From Bifidobacterium breve (GTDB taxonomy: Bacteria > Actinomycetota > Thermoleophilia > Solirubrobacterales > Solirubrobacteraceae): a stretch of 64,000 bases of DNA. The DNA lies in NCBI GenBank assembly GCA_945878865.1, contig CAMCUD010000007.1, positions 80,227 through 144,226 of the forward strand. Direction: 5' to 3'. The notes under the pieces are model-generated. The model saw only the letters and a list, made by a program, of their open reading frames with translations. It searched no databases and was not told the DNA's origin. The position numbers and the translations under genes were made by a program. This document shows positions 20,433 through 28,957 of this stretch, in pieces. The stretch's first letter is position 1. Every line of letters begins with the position of its first letter.

Positions 20433-21040
20433 ACCGTCACGTGCTCCTGCAGCGCCGCCAGCCGTTTCTCCCCGATGCCGGGTACCTCGCCGAGCTCGCG
20501 CACCGCGCCGAACCCGCCGTGCTCCTGGCGGTACGCGAGGATCTTCGACGCCAGTCCCGGCCCCACCCCGTCGAGCTCCTGGAGCTGCTCGGCCGTCGCG
20601 GTGTTCAGGTTGATCGGCGCCGCCGGCGCCTGCCCGGCAGCCGCCGGACTCGTGCCCGACGACGCTGTTCCCGACGCCGCCGCGGCCATCTTCGCCGGCA
20701 CGATCACCTGCCGACCGTCCTCGACCTCGGCGGCGAGGTTCACCGCCGTCATGTCGGCGTCGGCCCGCGGGCCTCCCGCGCGGCGCACCGCATCGTCCAC
20801 CCGCGCGCCCTCGCGCAGCCGGTACACCCCCGGACGCCGGACGCGCCCGGCGACGTGCACGTAGACGCGCGCCGCGCCGCCGCCTCCACGAGCGCTGACC
20901 CGCGGCACCGACGCCTCGCGCGACGCCGCCTGCGCCCCGCGTTCCTCCCCGCCCCGCGCAGCCAGCAGCTGCCGTGCTCCAAGGCCGAGCACGACCAAGG
21001 CGAGGCCGAGATAGACGAACAGGGAGCGGCGATCAGGCAC
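20429..21040 (-). CDS. comEA: ComEA family DNA-binding protein (SLBB + helix-hairpin-helix)
   Basis: N-terminal TM helix. The C-terminal INLNTATAEQLQELDGVGPGLASKILAYRQEHGGF is an HhH motif. Confidence 0.88.
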   Translation of the reverse strand: MPDRRSLFVYLGLALVVLGLGARQLLAARGGEERGAQAASREASVPRVSARGGGGAARVYVHVAGRVRRPGVYRLREGARVDDAVRRAGGPRADADMTAVNLAAEVEDGRQVIVPAKMAAAASGTASSGTSPAAAGQAPAAPINLNTATAEQLQELDGVGPGLASKILAYRQEHGGFGAVRELGEVPGIGEKRLAALQEHVTV

Positions 21041-21062
21041 GACCGGCGACGCTACGCCGCAA

Positions 21063-21083
21063 CCTGCGCAGAGACTGCGCAGG
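21063..21083 (-). terminator. stem-loop downstream of leuS
   Basis: 9-bp perfect inverted repeat CCTGCGCAG-AGA-CTGCGCAGG, 18 nt beyond the leuS stop. Confidence 0.5.
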
Positions 21084-21100
21084 GCGGCGACGTTTCGCCG

Positions 21101-23551
21101 TCAGCCCTTCACGACGATGTTCACGAGCTTGCCGGGGACGACGATCACCTTCACGACGTCCTTGCCGTCGATGAAGGACTGCACCTTCTCCGACGCGCGC
21201 CCCAGCGCCTCCAGCTCGTCCTTCGACGCCGCCGACGGCGCCGACACCCGGTCGCGGACCTTGCCGTTGACCTGCAGGACGAGCTCGAACGTGTCGGCCT
21301 CGAGGTAGCGCGAGTCCGCCGCCGGCCACGGCTCCTCCCACACCCGGCGCCCGGTCAGCAGCGAGTACGCGTCGGCCGAGGTGTGCGGCGCGAACGGGAA
21401 CAGCAGCGAGGCAGCCGTCGCCAGGGCGAAGCGCACCGCGCCCGGATCAGCGTCGCCGCGCTTTGCCGGCGTCAGCTCGTTGACGAGCTCCATGACCGCG
21501 GCGATCGCCGTGTTGAACGAGAAGCGCCCCGCCACATCGTGCGTGACCTTCTCGATCGCCCAGTGCGCCTTGCGCAGCACGCGCAGCGTGTCCGGGTCAT
21601 GAGCCTCGTCGGGCACCGGCACGTCCGGCAGCTCGTCGGCCGCCTCCGCGCACGTCCGCCACAGGCGCCCGAGGAACTTCTCCATTCCCTCGACGCCCTT
21701 CTCGTTCCAGTCGGCGTCCTGATCGGGCGGCCCGATGAAGAGGATGTAGCACCGCGCCGTGTCCGCGCCGTAGCGCTCGACGATCTCCCGCGGCGAGACG
21801 ACGTTGCCCTTGGACTTGGACATCTTCGCCCCGTCCTTGGTGATCATCCCCTGCGTGAAGAGCCGCGCGAAGGGCTCCTGCACGTCGAGCAACCCGAGGT
21901 CCGTGAGCGCCTTGCAGAAGAACCGCGCGTAGAGCAGGTGCAGGATCGCGTGCTCGACGCCGCCGATGTACTGGTCGACGGGCATCCACGAGTTGACGAC
22001 CCGCTCGTCCCACGGCGCATCGACGTTCTTCGGGTCGCAGTAGCGCAGGAAGTACCAGGACGAATCGACGAACGTGTCCATCGTGTCCGTCTCGCGCTTG
22101 GCCGGGCCGAAGCACTTCGGGCACTCGGTGTTGACCCAGTCCTCGGCGGCCGCCAGCGGCGACTTGCCCTTCGGCGCGTAGTCCTCGATGTCCGGCAGCT
22201 CGACCGGCAGCGCGTCGTCGGGCACCTGGACCATCCCGCACGACGGGCAGTGGATGATCGGGATCGGGCAGCCCCAGTAGCGCTGGCGGGACAGCAGCCA
22301 GTCGCGCAGCCGGTAGTTGATCGACTGGTGGCCCTTGCCCTCGCGGTCCAGCCAGGCGGTGATCTTCTCCAGCGCGTCGCGGTTCTGCAGGCCGTCGAAG
22401 TCCGGGTGCGAGTGGACGATGGGCCCGTCGCCGACGTACGGGAGCTCCTCCCCGCCGCCGATCACGCGCTTGACCGGCAGGTGATACGCCTGCGCGAAGG
22501 CGAAGTCGCGCTCGTCGTGCCCGGGGACGGCCATGATCGCGCCCGTGCCGTACTCCATGAGGACGTAGTCGGCGACGTACATCGGCAGCTTCTCGCCGTT
22601 GACCGGGTTGGTGACGTGGCGGCCGAGGAAGACCCCCGTCTTCGGCTTGTCGGCGGCGCCGCGCTCCTCCTTGTCGGCGGTCAGCGCGTGGTTGATGTAG
22701 TCACGCACCTCGGCCTCGTGCTCGGTTCCGGCGGCGAGCCGGAGGACGTCGGGGTGCTCGGGCGCCATGACGAAGAACGTCGCGCCGAACAGCGTGTCGG
22801 GGCGCGTGGTGAACACCGGGTAGTCGATGCCGACGTCCTCGCAGTGGAACGTGACCTCCGCGCCCTCGGACCGCCCGATCCAGTTGCGCTGCATCGTCTT
22901 GACGTGCTCGGGCCAGTCGATGATGTCGAGGTCGTCGAGCAGCCGGTCGGCGTAGTCGGTGATGCGGAAGAACCACTGCTCGAGCTGGCGGACCTCGACC
23001 TCGGTGCCGCAGCGCTCGCAGCGCCCGTCGACGACCTGCTCGTTGGCCAGGACCGTCGCGTCCTTCGGGCACCAGTTCACCGCGGCGTCCTTGCGGTAGG
23101 CCAGGCCGCGCTCGTACAGGCGCAGGAAGATCCACTGCGTCCAGCGGTAGTACTCGGGCTCGTGCGTGCCGAACTCGCGCGTCCAGTCGATCGAGATGCC
23201 CCAGCGGCGGAACTGCTCCTGGAACGACGCGATCGACTTCGCCGTCGAGTCACGCGGGTGCTCGCCCGTCTTGATCGCGTTGTTCTCCGCGGGCAGGCCG
23301 AACGCGTCGTAGCCCATCGGGTGCAGCACGCGGCGGCCGGTGCGGCGGGTGAAGTGCGCGACGGCGTCGCCCACCGAGTAGACCTTCAGGTGCCCGATGT
23401 GCGGCTCGCCGGACGGGTACGGGAGCATCTCCAGGACGTAGACGTCGTCCTCGGCGATCTCGTCGTTCGAGACCTCCCAGGTGTGCTCCTCCGCCCAGAC
23501 GCGCTGCCAGCGGGGTTCGATCTCGGTGGGGTCGTAGACGTGCTCGGCCAT
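21101..23551 (-). CDS. leuS: leucine--tRNA ligase
   Basis: 816 aa from ATG 23551 (MAEHVYDPTEIEPRWQ). Contains the HIGH region PYPSGEPHIGHL and KMSKSKGN. Confidence 0.97.
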   Translation of the reverse strand: MAEHVYDPTEIEPRWQRVWAEEHTWEVSNDEIAEDDVYVLEMLPYPSGEPHIGHLKVYSVGDAVAHFTRRTGRRVLHPMGYDAFGLPAENNAIKTGEHPRDSTAKSIASFQEQFRRWGISIDWTREFGTHEPEYYRWTQWIFLRLYERGLAYRKDAAVNWCPKDATVLANEQVVDGRCERCGTEVEVRQLEQWFFRITDYADRLLDDLDIIDWPEHVKTMQRNWIGRSEGAEVTFHCEDVGIDYPVFTTRPDTLFGATFFVMAPEHPDVLRLAAGTEHEAEVRDYINHALTADKEERGAADKPKTGVFLGRHVTNPVNGEKLPMYVADYVLMEYGTGAIMAVPGHDERDFAFAQAYHLPVKRVIGGGEELPYVGDGPIVHSHPDFDGLQNRDALEKITAWLDREGKGHQSINYRLRDWLLSRQRYWGCPIPIIHCPSCGMVQVPDDALPVELPDIEDYAPKGKSPLAAAEDWVNTECPKCFGPAKRETDTMDTFVDSSWYFLRYCDPKNVDAPWDERVVNSWMPVDQYIGGVEHAILHLLYARFFCKALTDLGLLDVQEPFARLFTQGMITKDGAKMSKSKGNVVSPREIVERYGADTARCYILFIGPPDQDADWNEKGVEGMEKFLGRLWRTCAEAADELPDVPVPDEAHDPDTLRVLRKAHWAIEKVTHDVAGRFSFNTAIAAVMELVNELTPAKRGDADPGAVRFALATAASLLFPFAPHTSADAYSLLTGRRVWEEPWPAADSRYLEADTFELVLQVNGKVRDRVSAPSAASKDELEALGRASEKVQSFIDGKDVVKVIVVPGKLVNIVVKG

Positions 23552-23664
23552 GGGCGCCGTGCAGGATATGTCGTCGCCGCCCGCTGCCGGCCGCCCACGG
23601 GCGTACGCTGCAGCGTTCGGTGCAGAACTGGTGCAATTTTTCCTGCTCCGACTAGGATTCCGCC

Positions 23665-25287
23665 ATGGCAACCACGAATGGTGGAGATTGGTTGGCGGCC
23701 TCAGACCAGGTCGAGCGCGTGGTCAGCGCCGCCGAGGAGGCCGCTGCCGAGCTCCGCACCCAGGCCGAGCGGCGCGCCGCCGATCGCATCGCCGAGGCCG
23801 ATCGCGCCGCGGCGCTGCGCATCGAAGCGGCCGAGCGTGAGGCCGCCGAGCTGCTGAACGCCGCGCGCGCGGAAGCCGCCTCCACGCAGGCGTCCGCGCG
23901 CGACGAGGCGGCGCGTATCCGCGAGGCCGTGGTCGCCGAGCAGCGCGGGGCCGACGAGGAGGCGCGCAAGGTCGTCGCCGATGCGCGCGCACACGCCCAG
24001 CAGCTCGTCGGCGAAGCCGAGCGGCGGGTGCAGGAGCTGACCGCGGACGCGGAGAAGCGCGCGCGGGAGGCGAGCAGCGCGCTGACCACCGCGCAGAACG
24101 AGGCGGACACCCACCGCCGCGAGGTCCTCGCCGCCGCCGAGGAGCGCGCACGCGAGATCCTCGACGACGCCCAGCAGCGCGCCGACGAGCGCACGCGGGA
24201 GTCCTACGCAGCGGCGCAGCAGCGCGCGGAGCAGCTGCTCGCCGAGGCGCGGACCCGCGCCGCCGAGCTGCGAGCAGAGGCCGACATGCTGCGCGCGCAG
24301 GCCCAGAAGCGCGTGGACGACGCGCGCACGGATGCCGAGCGCGAGGCGACGGAGATCGTCGCCGCCGCGACATCGAAGGCCGAGGAGCTCGAGCTCGAGG
24401 CCCAGCTGCAGCGCTCCGAGGCGCAGCGGATGATCGACGGCGCGACCGACGAGGCCCGCAAGCAGGCCGACGAGCTGCTCGCCGAGGCACGGTCGCGGGC
24501 CCAGGCGCTGCAGGCGCAGGCCGAGGCCGTCTCGCGGGAGACCGAGGAGAAGGCGCGCCGGCTGCGCGGCACGGTCGACGAGGACGCCGACCGCATCCGC
24601 GCCGAGGCCGACGAGTACGCCCAGCGGGTGCGCGGCGACGCAGACACCGCCGCCGAGCAGGCGCGGACTGACGCCGACGAGCACGCCCAGCGCGTGCGCC
24701 AGGCCGCCAAGCATCAGGCCGATGAGCTGCTCGACGCGGCACGCACCCGCGCGCAGGAGATCCGGGCCCAGGCCGAAGCCGAGGCGGAGGCCGCCCGCGG
24801 GGAGGCGACCACCGAGGTCGGGCAGACCCGCGAGGCGACCGAGAAGGAGCTGCGCGAGCTGCGTAACGAGGCGCAGAAGGAGGCGCGGCAGATCCTCGAG
24901 GAGGCGCGGGCCGAGGCGCGGCAGATCAAGGGCGATGCGCAGATGACGGCGCGCGACGTCGTGCGCGACGGGTCGCTGCTGGCCGACCACATCCAGCAGC
25001 TTTCGCGATCGCTGGACGTCAACGCGCAGAAGCTGCTGCGCGACATCCAGGTCGCCCACCAGGCGCTCCAGGGCCAGCTCGAGCCCGGTGACGCCGGCGG
25101 CGAGCCGGCCGAGCGCCCCCGTCCCCTGCGCGCGGCGCGCGCGTCGGACCTGCGGGTGCCCCGGCGGCCGGTGCGGCCGTCGCGAGGTGGTGATGCCGAG
25201 TCGGGTGAAGTACTCCCGCCGGCGGGCGGCACGTCCGGCGGCGGCGGGGACGACCTCGACGTGCCGGAGTTCATGCCGCGGCGGTGA
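23665..25287 (+). CDS. repetitive Ala/Glu/Arg-rich coiled-coil protein (ATPase-b/Scy-like repeats)
   Basis: 540 aa. At least 8 repeats follow the pattern A-x3-A-x2-[ILV][LV]-x2-A-x3-A, e.g. AEREAAELLNAARAEA, AEERAREILDDAQQRA, ARKQADELLAEARSRA and AQKEARQILEEARAEA. The C-terminal tail is Pro/Gly/Arg-rich. Confidence 0.75.
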   Translation: MATTNGGDWLAASDQVERVVSAAEEAAAELRTQAERRAADRIAEADRAAALRIEAAEREAAELLNAARAEAASTQASARDEAARIREAVVAEQRGADEEARKVVADARAHAQQLVGEAERRVQELTADAEKRAREASSALTTAQNEADTHRREVLAAAEERAREILDDAQQRADERTRESYAAAQQRAEQLLAEARTRAAELRAEADMLRAQAQKRVDDARTDAEREATEIVAAATSKAEELELEAQLQRSEAQRMIDGATDEARKQADELLAEARSRAQALQAQAEAVSRETEEKARRLRGTVDEDADRIRAEADEYAQRVRGDADTAAEQARTDADEHAQRVRQAAKHQADELLDAARTRAQEIRAQAEAEAEAARGEATTEVGQTREATEKELRELRNEAQKEARQILEEARAEARQIKGDAQMTARDVVRDGSLLADHIQQLSRSLDVNAQKLLRDIQVAHQALQGQLEPGDAGGEPAERPRPLRAARASDLRVPRRPVRPSRGGDAESGEVLPPAGGTSGGGGDDLDVPEFMPRR

Positions 25288-25309
25288 CGTCCGGGGCGGA
25301 TGCGAACAT

Positions 25310-25846
25310 GTGTTCGTGTCACCCCAGCGCACATCAACCGACAAGGGCGGAACAGCCGAGTTGATGATCGCCGCACATGCGGCGCGGCTCGGCATCGTGG
25401 TGGCCCGCCCGATGATCGAAGGTCGTCGTTACGACCTCATCTTCGACGTCGATGGGCAGTTGTCGCGGGTCCAGTGCAAGTGGGGAAGCCGGACAGGTGA
25501 TGTTGTCGTCGCGCACACCGGCACCTGCCGGCTCACACCGACCGGCTACCTCCGGACGACGTATACGGACAGGGAGATCGACGCGATCGCGATCTACTGC
25601 CAGGACGTTGATACCTGCTACTACCTTCCCATCGACGAAGTCGCAGAACGTCACGTCGTCCACCTCCGACTCGCCCCGGCGAGGAACAACCAGCGCAGCG
25701 GTGTTAAGATGGCTGCGCAGTACGAGTTCGGGGCTATAGCTCAGCTGGGAGAGCGCCGCCATGGCATGGCGGAGGTCGTCGGTTCGAGCCCGACTAGCTC
25801 CACTGAAGAACAGGCCGCCCACCAGGGCGGCCTGTTCTCGTTCTGA
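25310..25846 (+). CDS. PD-(D/E)XK endonuclease-like protein (group-I-intron-associated type); 3' end runs through tRNA-Ala
   Basis: From GTG 25310: TDKGGTAELMIAAHAARLGIVVARPMIEGRRYDLIFDVDGQLSRVQCKWG (D...QxK core), then LAPARNNQRSGVKMAAQYEF. The first in-frame stop is at 25844-25846, after the tRNA. Confidence 0.6.
   Translation: MFVSPQRTSTDKGGTAELMIAAHAARLGIVVARPMIEGRRYDLIFDVDGQLSRVQCKWGSRTGDVVVAHTGTCRLTPTGYLRTTYTDREIDAIAIYCQDVDTCYYLPIDEVAERHVVHLRLAPARNNQRSGVKMAAQYEFGAIAQLGERRHGMAEVVGSSPTSSTEEQAAHQGGLFSF
25730..25802 (+). tRNA. tRNA-Ala (anticodon GGC)
   Basis: The 73 nt fold as acceptor GGGGCTA/TAGCTCC with G3:U70, D arm GCTC-AGCTGGGA-GAGC, anticodon stem CCGCC/GGCGG with loop ATGGCAT, and T arm GTCGG-TTCGAGC-CCGAC. 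CCA is not encoded. Confidence 0.95.
25808..25837 (+). terminator. rho-independent-type terminator after tRNA-Ala
   Basis: 12-bp perfect stem GAACAGGCCGCC/GGCGGCCTGTTC with loop CACCAG, followed by TCGTTCT. Confidence 0.7.
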
Positions 25847-25851
25847 CACCC

Positions 25852-26502
25852 ATGACCATCCCCCACCTCGTCTCCGTCAACGTCGGCCTGCCCAAGCAGA
25901 TCGGCCTGCGCCGTGGCCGGCCGGTCATGAGCGCCATCGACAAGCGCCCCGTCCCGGGATCCCACCGCGTCGAGGGCGTGAACGTCACCGGCGACGAGCA
26001 GGCCGACCTGCGCGTCCACGGCGGTCCCGACAAGGCGGTCTACGCCTACGCCGCCGAGGACACCGCCTGGTGGAACGGCGAACTGGGCCGCGACGACCTC
26101 GGCCCGGGCATGTTCGGCGAGAATCTCACCACCGAGGGCGTCGACTGCACGAACGCCGTGATCGGCGAGCAGTGGCGCATCGGCACCACGTTGCTCGAGG
26201 TCTGCCAGCCGCGTCAGCCGTGCTTCAAGCTCGGCCTGCACTTCGAGGACCCGAAGATGCTCAAGCGCTTCGCGCAGGCGTCCCGGCCCGGCGCGTACCT
26301 GCGCATCATCGAGCCCGGCGACATCCAGGCCGGCGACGCGATCGAGATCGTTGACGTGCCCGCCCACGGCGTCACGATCCGGCTGGTCTCTGACGCCATC
26401 CTGCTCGACCACGGCCTGGCCGCCGACGCGGCGCGCGCCCCCGAGCTCCCGGGCCCGCTGCGCGACTGGCTGCTCGAACGCGCCGCCGACCCCAACCCGT
26501 AA
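25852..26502 (+). CDS. MOSC domain-containing protein (YiiM-like)
   Basis: 216 aa with VNVTGDEQADLRVHGGPDKAVYAY and QPRQPCFKLG, which are MOSC signatures. Confidence 0.85.
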   Translation: MTIPHLVSVNVGLPKQIGLRRGRPVMSAIDKRPVPGSHRVEGVNVTGDEQADLRVHGGPDKAVYAYAAEDTAWWNGELGRDDLGPGMFGENLTTEGVDCTNAVIGEQWRIGTTLLEVCQPRQPCFKLGLHFEDPKMLKRFAQASRPGAYLRIIEPGDIQAGDAIEIVDVPAHGVTIRLVSDAILLDHGLAADAARAPELPGPLRDWLLERAADPNP

Positions 26503-26567
26503 GTCTTGGGTCGCGTTTGGGGGGTGTCCTGATGGCAGGGCGTCCCGCGAGCGGCACCGTACGGTGC

Positions 26568-28448
26568 ATGACCACGACCTTCCGCCTGCTCGCCGCTCTC
26601 ACCGCCGCGACCGCCGTTGCTGCAGCCGCACCCGCCGCGCACGCCGCACCCCGATGTCCCGCTGGGAAGACGGCGTGGAGTCTCGAGGGCCGCAGCGTCT
26701 GCGTGAAGGCCGCGCGCACGACCGCCGCCGCGCCTTCCCCGCTCACCCCGACGCTCGCCGGCGGCTGGCTGCGCCGCGCCTCCGCCCCAGCGCCGACGGG
26801 CCGCACGGTCATCCCCCGGGCCATGCGCCGCTCGGTCAAGGTGCTTCCGGGACAGCTGACGGCCCTCGCACGCCGCGCCGCGACGAAGCGCGCGACGCGC
26901 GGCGCGCGGCTGCGCGCGGCCGGTGGCGGCGGGATCCTCGGCGTCGAGGAGGTCGAGCTCGACCGCAAGGTCGCCGCTGACGGCACCACGGTCATCACGA
27001 AGGGCAAGGCGACGCTCTACGGCGACGAGTCCAAGGATCTCTCCGCCGAGGTCGAGGCGCGCAGCAAGGACGGCCGCACCCGGGTGATCTTCCGGCCGCG
27101 GATGGACGACATCATCGCGTCGCCGTACAAGATCGGGTGCCCGACGGCCGACGGCATCATCAAGACCGCCGAGCGCTTCGGCACCGGCGGGACCGTCATC
27201 GCGATGGACGGCGGCCGGGTGCTCGGGTCGCAGACCAACCGCGAGACCTTCTCCGTGAAGGCCACGGGCCACGTCGGCCGCGACGCCCGGCTCGAGTACG
27301 TCGACGCCGTCTCCGAGTTCCATCTCGAGCGCTACGAGCGCGGCCTCCAACTGGAGATCACCGCGAAGATGCCGCTCCGCGTCGCCCGTGAGGGCGCGGC
27401 GACGCCGACCGGGGCGCCATCCGTCGACGTTCGTGTCCGCGCGCTGCACGCCTCCGCGAAGGAGGAGCGCGCCTACGAGCGCGAGCAGGCCGCCTCGACC
27501 GCCTCCGACCCTGAGCTGGCCAAGCAGCTCGCCTGGCACGCCAAGGAGGCACGGGACGGGCTCGTGATCGCCGAGGCGCGCTGGTACAACGTCCCGAACG
27601 ACTGCGCTGACGTGTCGTTCGACCCGCCTCGCAGCGCGACCATCGAGGAGCAGCAGCGTGTCGCCGTCCAGGGCTACGTCTACGCCAAGGACGGCGGAGC
27701 CGAGTCGTCGGGCACGATCACGGTCACCGGCGTGGACCGCGGCAGCTTCACGACGCAGAAGGCCGACACCGACCCTGGCGACCGCGCGCGCTTCACCGCC
27801 ATCGGAGGCGCGCCGACCGCGGACTACCGCAACACCGTCAACGCGAACGTCATCGCCACGTCGAGGGCCGGCCGCGCGCAGAGCTGGTTCTCCGGCTACG
27901 CGACCGAGGTCAAGCTGCCCAAGGCATTCACCGGCACGATCGCGTCCGCGCAGGTCGGCGGCGCGGTGGGAACGACCTGGAGCGGCACCGCGACGTACAC
28001 CCGCCGCGAGCTCAAGCGCGACACCGACGGGACGGTCCGCGCCTGGTACGACCTGACGCAGGCGTCACTGACGGACGCGCGCAGCTACGTCGGGATGGAC
28101 GGCGGCTGCCGGTTGGAGGCGCGCCGCGGCGGCGGGACGATCGATGCGGGCGACCTCGAGGTGTGGGTCAAGCCGGACGGCACGCGCCTGTACGCCCTGC
28201 TGTACGACGTCAAGGTCGCGGCGCCCTACGCCGCCAAGGACTGCCCTCCGGGTGCCGAGCCGCCCGGCTACGACGGGGAGATCGCAGCGGTCGTGCACTC
28301 GCGCACGCAGGGCGATGTCATGACCGGCGGCGGCATGCGGCCCTTCGGCAGTGACCTGCGCATCGACGAGCCGCGCGTGACCGGCATCCTCGGCAGCGCC
28401 GGGATGGCCGTCGCCGCGACGTGGACGCTGACGCCCGTGCCGGAGTGA
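26568..28448 (+). CDS. secreted hypothetical protein, no recognisable domain
   Basis: 626 aa from ATG 26568. Signal peptide MTTTFRLLAALTAATAVAAAAPAAHA|AP. Several Cys residues are scattered through it. GC3 is coding-like. Confidence 0.65.
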   Translation: MTTTFRLLAALTAATAVAAAAPAAHAAPRCPAGKTAWSLEGRSVCVKAARTTAAAPSPLTPTLAGGWLRRASAPAPTGRTVIPRAMRRSVKVLPGQLTALARRAATKRATRGARLRAAGGGGILGVEEVELDRKVAADGTTVITKGKATLYGDESKDLSAEVEARSKDGRTRVIFRPRMDDIIASPYKIGCPTADGIIKTAERFGTGGTVIAMDGGRVLGSQTNRETFSVKATGHVGRDARLEYVDAVSEFHLERYERGLQLEITAKMPLRVAREGAATPTGAPSVDVRVRALHASAKEERAYEREQAASTASDPELAKQLAWHAKEARDGLVIAEARWYNVPNDCADVSFDPPRSATIEEQQRVAVQGYVYAKDGGAESSGTITVTGVDRGSFTTQKADTDPGDRARFTAIGGAPTADYRNTVNANVIATSRAGRAQSWFSGYATEVKLPKAFTGTIASAQVGGAVGTTWSGTATYTRRELKRDTDGTVRAWYDLTQASLTDARSYVGMDGGCRLEARRGGGTIDAGDLEVWVKPDGTRLYALLYDVKVAAPYAAKDCPPGAEPPGYDGEIAAVVHSRTQGDVMTGGGMRPFGSDLRIDEPRVTGILGSAGMAVAATWTLTPVPE

Positions 28449-28451
28449 CGT

Positions 28452-28859
28452 TCAGCCGAGGCCCACGTCGCCGCGTGTGATCCGGAAGCCCTGGAACCGC
28501 CGCTCGGTCATCTGCCCGTAGAACTCGTCCGCGACGGAGATGAGGTCGACACGGGTGACACCGGTGGCGTCCAGGGCCTCGGTGATCAGGCTGCGGCCCA
28601 GGCCTTTGCCGCGCTGGTCACGGCCGACCGCGATCGCGGAGACGTGCGCCTGGATCTCCCCGTCGCTCTGCATCCAGATGACTCCGACGACGTCCTCGTC
28701 GGGCCCGTCGACCGCGACGAGCGTGGTGCACCCCGGAGCGACGAGCGCCCGGCCCGTCCGCGCCGGATCCTCGATGAGGGTCAGCCATCGTTCGGCCGCG
28801 AACAGCGCGAGCACGCCGTCGAGGTGCTCCGGGCGATAGGGCACGATCGCGGCGGGCAT
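28452..28859 (-). CDS. GNAT family N-acetyltransferase
   Basis: 135 aa from ATG 28859 with acetyl-CoA motif QRGKGLGRSL. Confidence 0.8.
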   Translation of the reverse strand: MPAAIVPYRPEHLDGVLALFAAERWLTLIEDPARTGRALVAPGCTTLVAVDGPDEDVVGVIWMQSDGEIQAHVSAIAVGRDQRGKGLGRSLITEALDATGVTRVDLISVADEFYGQMTERRFQGFRITRGDVGLG

Positions 28860-28957
28860 CGCAGACCAGTCAAGCACCCGGCGCACCTGGACGCCGCGTC
28901 GGCGCCGGCGAAGGTGTCCTCCAACACCACCCCGCATCTGCCGATATCCGTGAGGCT

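Noticed and set aside
17159-21040. holA-comEC-comEA as an unusual competence locus.
   Set aside because: This trio in this order is part of the conserved actinobacterial backbone and is found in non-competent species as well.
23552-23664. A T-box or other riboswitch leader upstream of leuS (and valS at 59487-59508).
   Set aside because: The valS upstream gap is only 22 nt. The 113-nt leuS upstream region shows no recognisable T-box sequence or specifier-loop architecture by eye. T-box control is also not typical for these genes in actinobacteria.
23665-25287. A DNA-level tandem repeat or microsatellite in the coiled-coil gene.
   Set aside because: The periodicity is at the protein level (GCN/GAR/CGN codon reuse). 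The nucleotide units are imperfect and of variable length, so this is not a true tandem DNA repeat.
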